Source: Planctomycetota bacterium
GTDB lineage: Bacteria; Planctomycetota; Brocadiia; Brocadiales; Brocadiaceae
DNA length: 19,352 nucleotides
Assembly (NCBI GenBank): GCA_016873155.1
Contig: VGXX01000042.1
Location: 1 to 19,352, forward strand
Reading direction: 5' to 3'
Shown here: piece after piece, positions 17,070 to 19,352 of the stretch
Layout of the letters: each line of letters opens with the position of its first letter
How positions within the stretch are numbered: the first letter of the stretch is position 1
Program-made: the position numbers and the translations under genes
The notes under the pieces: generated by a model
What the model was told of the DNA's origin: nothing
The model's input: the letters and a program-made list of their open reading frames with translations, nothing else
Databases searched by the model: none

Positions 17070-17103
17070 AATGTAGGGGCAATTCATGAATTGCCCCTAC
17101 ATT
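17070..17103 (-). terminator. Perfect 34-bp palindrome; candidate intrinsic terminator after pcm or operator/5'-UTR hairpin of the DUF1326 gene
   Basis: AATGTAGGGGCAATTCA|TGAATTGCCCCTACATT is exactly self-complementary. On the minus strand the GC-rich stem is followed by AUUCUUUC (moderately U-rich). It lies 57 nt after the pcm stop and 36 nt before the DUF1326 start. Confidence 0.5.
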
Positions 17104-17160
17104 GCATGATAATGGTGTCTTTACAGGAATTTTTCAAAAAAATAAATTGTTCGCAAAATT

Positions 17161-17934
17161 TTATTTCCGAATGAGGGGAACAAATCGGACGGGAATAATG
17201 GACTCTTTTACAACCTTTGAAGAGGCGTCTTTGGTAATCAGCATCAGATCCTGCACTTCATAAACGCCACCAACAGGAATAATTAATCGACCGCCGGGTT
17301 TGAGCTGGTCAATCAGAGGTTGAGGAATATGCTCTGCGGCTGCTGTAACGATAATTGCATCAAACGGTGCATGCTCAGGCCATCCTTTATAACCGTCACC
17401 AACTTTAACTTCCACATTATTATAACTCATGGCTTTCAACCGCCTAGCGGCCTCTTTACCCAGACCTTCTATAATTTCAATTGTATACACTTGTTTTACA
17501 AGTTTAGAAAGGATGGCAGCCTGATAGCCTGAACCTGTACCTACCTCTAACACAACATCATCCTTGCCCAATTTTAATAATTCCGTCATAAATGCAACAA
17601 TATATGGCTGAGAGATTGTCTGGCCAAAACCTATCGGTACAGGCTGGTCATAATAACTGTACGAACGATTTTCTTCGGGAATAAACAGGTGGCGGGGCAC
17701 TGTCCCCATAGCCTCTAACACCCCTTTATCGGTTACGCCCCGGTAGGCAATCTGTTCTTCCACCATCCGTTTCCGCTGGCGAGTAAAGGTATCTTCGTCT
17801 ATCACCGTGTTCAGACCACCCATAGCAATTACTATATCTCTTTTAAATACTAGCTGAACGATACAAGAGATTAGAATGATCAAACATGAGGCAATAAATA
17901 TAAGAATGCTTAATTTCATCAACCTGCTTTTCAT
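17161..17934 (-). CDS. pcm: Protein-L-isoaspartate O-methyltransferase with N-terminal membrane anchor/signal
   Basis: TISQPYIVAFMTELL, SAM-binding VLEVGTGSGYQAA, LKPGGRLIIPVG, VRFVPL. N-terminal hydrophobic segment LSILIFIASCLIILISCIV. Its ATG overlaps the selD stop (ATGA). Confidence 0.9.
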   Translation of the reverse strand: MKSRLMKLSILIFIASCLIILISCIVQLVFKRDIVIAMGGLNTVIDEDTFTRQRKRMVEEQIAYRGVTDKGVLEAMGTVPRHLFIPEENRSYSYYDQPVPIGFGQTISQPYIVAFMTELLKLGKDDVVLEVGTGSGYQAAILSKLVKQVYTIEIIEGLGKEAARRLKAMSYNNVEVKVGDGYKGWPEHAPFDAIIVTAAAEHIPQPLIDQLKPGGRLIIPVGGVYEVQDLMLITKDASSKVVKESIIPVRFVPLIRK

Positions 17935-18980
17935 GGCGTAACAATAATAGAAACATCCCCCCTCTCACATACTTCACCAACGACATCATACGTCAGAGCG
18001 CCTCTTTCTTTGAGTTTTGCACAGAGCATATCCGCCTTCCCTTTAGGAATCGAGATAAGCAGACCACCAGAGGTCTGGGCATCAAACAAGACGTCCACCA
18101 ACTCCTCTCGTACTCTGGGATCAATCCTGATTGCATTTTTTAAATATTTTTTACTGAGCTTTGATACCCCCGGCATCAATCCCATCTTAACATAGCGTTC
18201 ACAGCCATCGAATATCGGTATGCGTCCGGCAAAAAAGGATAACGTCACCTTGCTGGCCTCCGCCAACTCGTATGCATGACCCATAAGCCCAAAACCCGTG
18301 ATATCCGTACATGCGCTGACACCTGCTTCCAGCATCGCCTCAGAGGCCGTCTTGTTCAACAAAACCATGCTCCTGGTCGCCAGATTTATGTGTTCCCCAA
18401 GAACCTTGTCAGCCTTAATGGCCGAAATAATCAAACCCGTACCAAGCGGCTTTGTCAACACAAGCGCGTCACCTGCCTGCGCACCTGCATTGGTCACAAT
18501 CCTGTCAGGATGGATAATTCCTGTAACAGACAATCCATATTTGATCTCACTATCCTGCAAGGTATGACCACCCACGACAACCGCCCCTGCCTCATCGACC
18601 TTGTCCGCGCTACCCTTAAGAATTTCAACCACTATATCCCTATCCAGTGATTTTATCGGGTAGCAGAGGATATTCATTGCCGTGAGGGGCTTGCCGCCCA
18701 TGGCATAGACATCACTCAGGGCATTGGCGGCGGCGATCTGTCCGTAGTCATACGGATTGTTCACCACCGGAGTAAAGAAATCCAGGGTCGACACCGTGGC
18801 CATATCGTCGCTAATCTTATAAATGCCCGCATCGGCAAAGGTCTTGGGACCAACCAGCACGCGTTCATTTGGGTATTCGGGCAGATGGTTGACTACGTAC
18901 GCCATGTCTTCAACGGGGACTTTGCCCGCTCACCCACCGCAGGCGGCATAATCAATCAATCGCTTTTTTCCCCACGCCAC
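17931..18980 (-). CDS. selD: Selenide, water dikinase (selenophosphate synthetase), Sec-containing form
   Basis: The ORF-track piece (from MAYVVNHL) lacks the catalytic N-terminus. Reading the same frame upstream gives (V/M)AWGKKRLIDYAACGG-U-AGKVPVED, with TGA at 18930-18932 at the Cys/Sec position of the SelD GxG(C/U)xxK motif. GTG at 18980 is preceded by GGGGGTGA. GTG at 18989 is an alternative start. Confidence 0.85.
18878..18928 (-). promoter_or_regulatory. Candidate SECIS-type stem-loop downstream of the selD UGA
   Basis: In mRNA sense, outer stem CGGGCA (18928-18923) pairs with UGCCCG (18883-18878). Inner stem GUUGA (18914-18910) pairs with UCAAC (18892-18888) around a 17-nt loop. Hand-folded only. 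Confidence 0.3.
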
Positions 18981-19109
18981 AGATATCACCCCCTTTTCTA
19001 AAGAGTTAATTCAGACGTTAACGTCGCCTTTCTTGTGAAATCATTCTCTGGTATCAAAATCCGTCTTACCTACGTTCATCTGTGTCCTGTTGTAAAATTC
19101 AGTTTAACG

Positions 19110-19352
19110 CTATTGAAACCATGATGTCGATGCCTCTTTGGGATTGAATTTGGCGTGGCACTCGTCACAGCTATTTACCACCTTGAAAAAAGCGGTATTT
19201 GCCTTATCCTTATTCTTCTCCATGCAAGCGCTGATCAGTTCCAGTGCGCTCAGGTGAAATTTGACGTCCAGGTTCACAAATTCCTTCGGCAAGTCGTCTT
19301 TATTTAACCCGGTAAACACCACAGGGCTTGCCTCCTTCAGTTTTTTCGTGTC
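19110..19352 (-). CDS. Class II c-type cytochrome (cytochrome c'/c-556-like), 5'-truncated by the window edge
   Basis: The frame is open to position 19352. There is a single CxxCH heme motif (CDECH) ~15 residues from the C-terminus, preceded by predicted helical sequence, as in four-helix-bundle class II cytochromes c. Confidence 0.55.
   Translation of the reverse strand, partial: DTKKLKEASPVVFTGLNKDDLPKEFVNLDVKFHLSALELISACMEKNKDKANTAFFKVVNSCDECHAKFNPKEASTSWFQ

Noticed and set aside
17034-17087. Longer DUF1326 start (MNCPYILSERHFYKEETAV..)
   Set aside because: The ATG lies inside the 34-bp palindrome. The GTG at 17033 has an AGGAGG RBS at ideal spacing and yields a canonical signal peptide.

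Overview
This window is a mostly housekeeping stretch of a bacterial chromosome. GC looks low-to-mid 40s % by eye, and lpxD implies a diderm, LPS-making organism; I cannot assign a taxon from sequence alone. Plus strand: gltX, thpR(ligT)-recA-alaS, then a fatty-acid/phospholipid operon rpmF-plsX-fabH-fabD-acpP-fabF that lacks fabG. A ~1.1 kb gap between the convergent fabF and lpxD holds decayed accessory DNA: the C-terminal remnant of a type I R-M methylase (hsdM) and an ORF6N-family gene. The ORF6N gene is split by an in-frame, stop-laden 186-nt insertion. After that come lpxD (minus) and glmS (plus). The window ends with a minus-strand run: a partial class II cytochrome c, selD, pcm, a secreted DUF1326 protein and a Uma2-family nuclease. 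selD is a selenoprotein whose in-frame UGA and N-terminus the ORF track missed. I do not see a convincing new multi-gene system. The most unusual content is non-coding, and these items are reported as separate, checkable findings. (1) A short interspersed element with a second diverged copy at the window start. (2) A nested C5/G5 hairpin cluster. (3) Inverted heptamer arrays between lpxD and glmS. (4) A perfect 34-bp palindrome and a perfect 31-nt palindrome. No tRNA, rRNA or CRISPR array was recognised. All homology calls rest on motif recognition by eye, not database searches.
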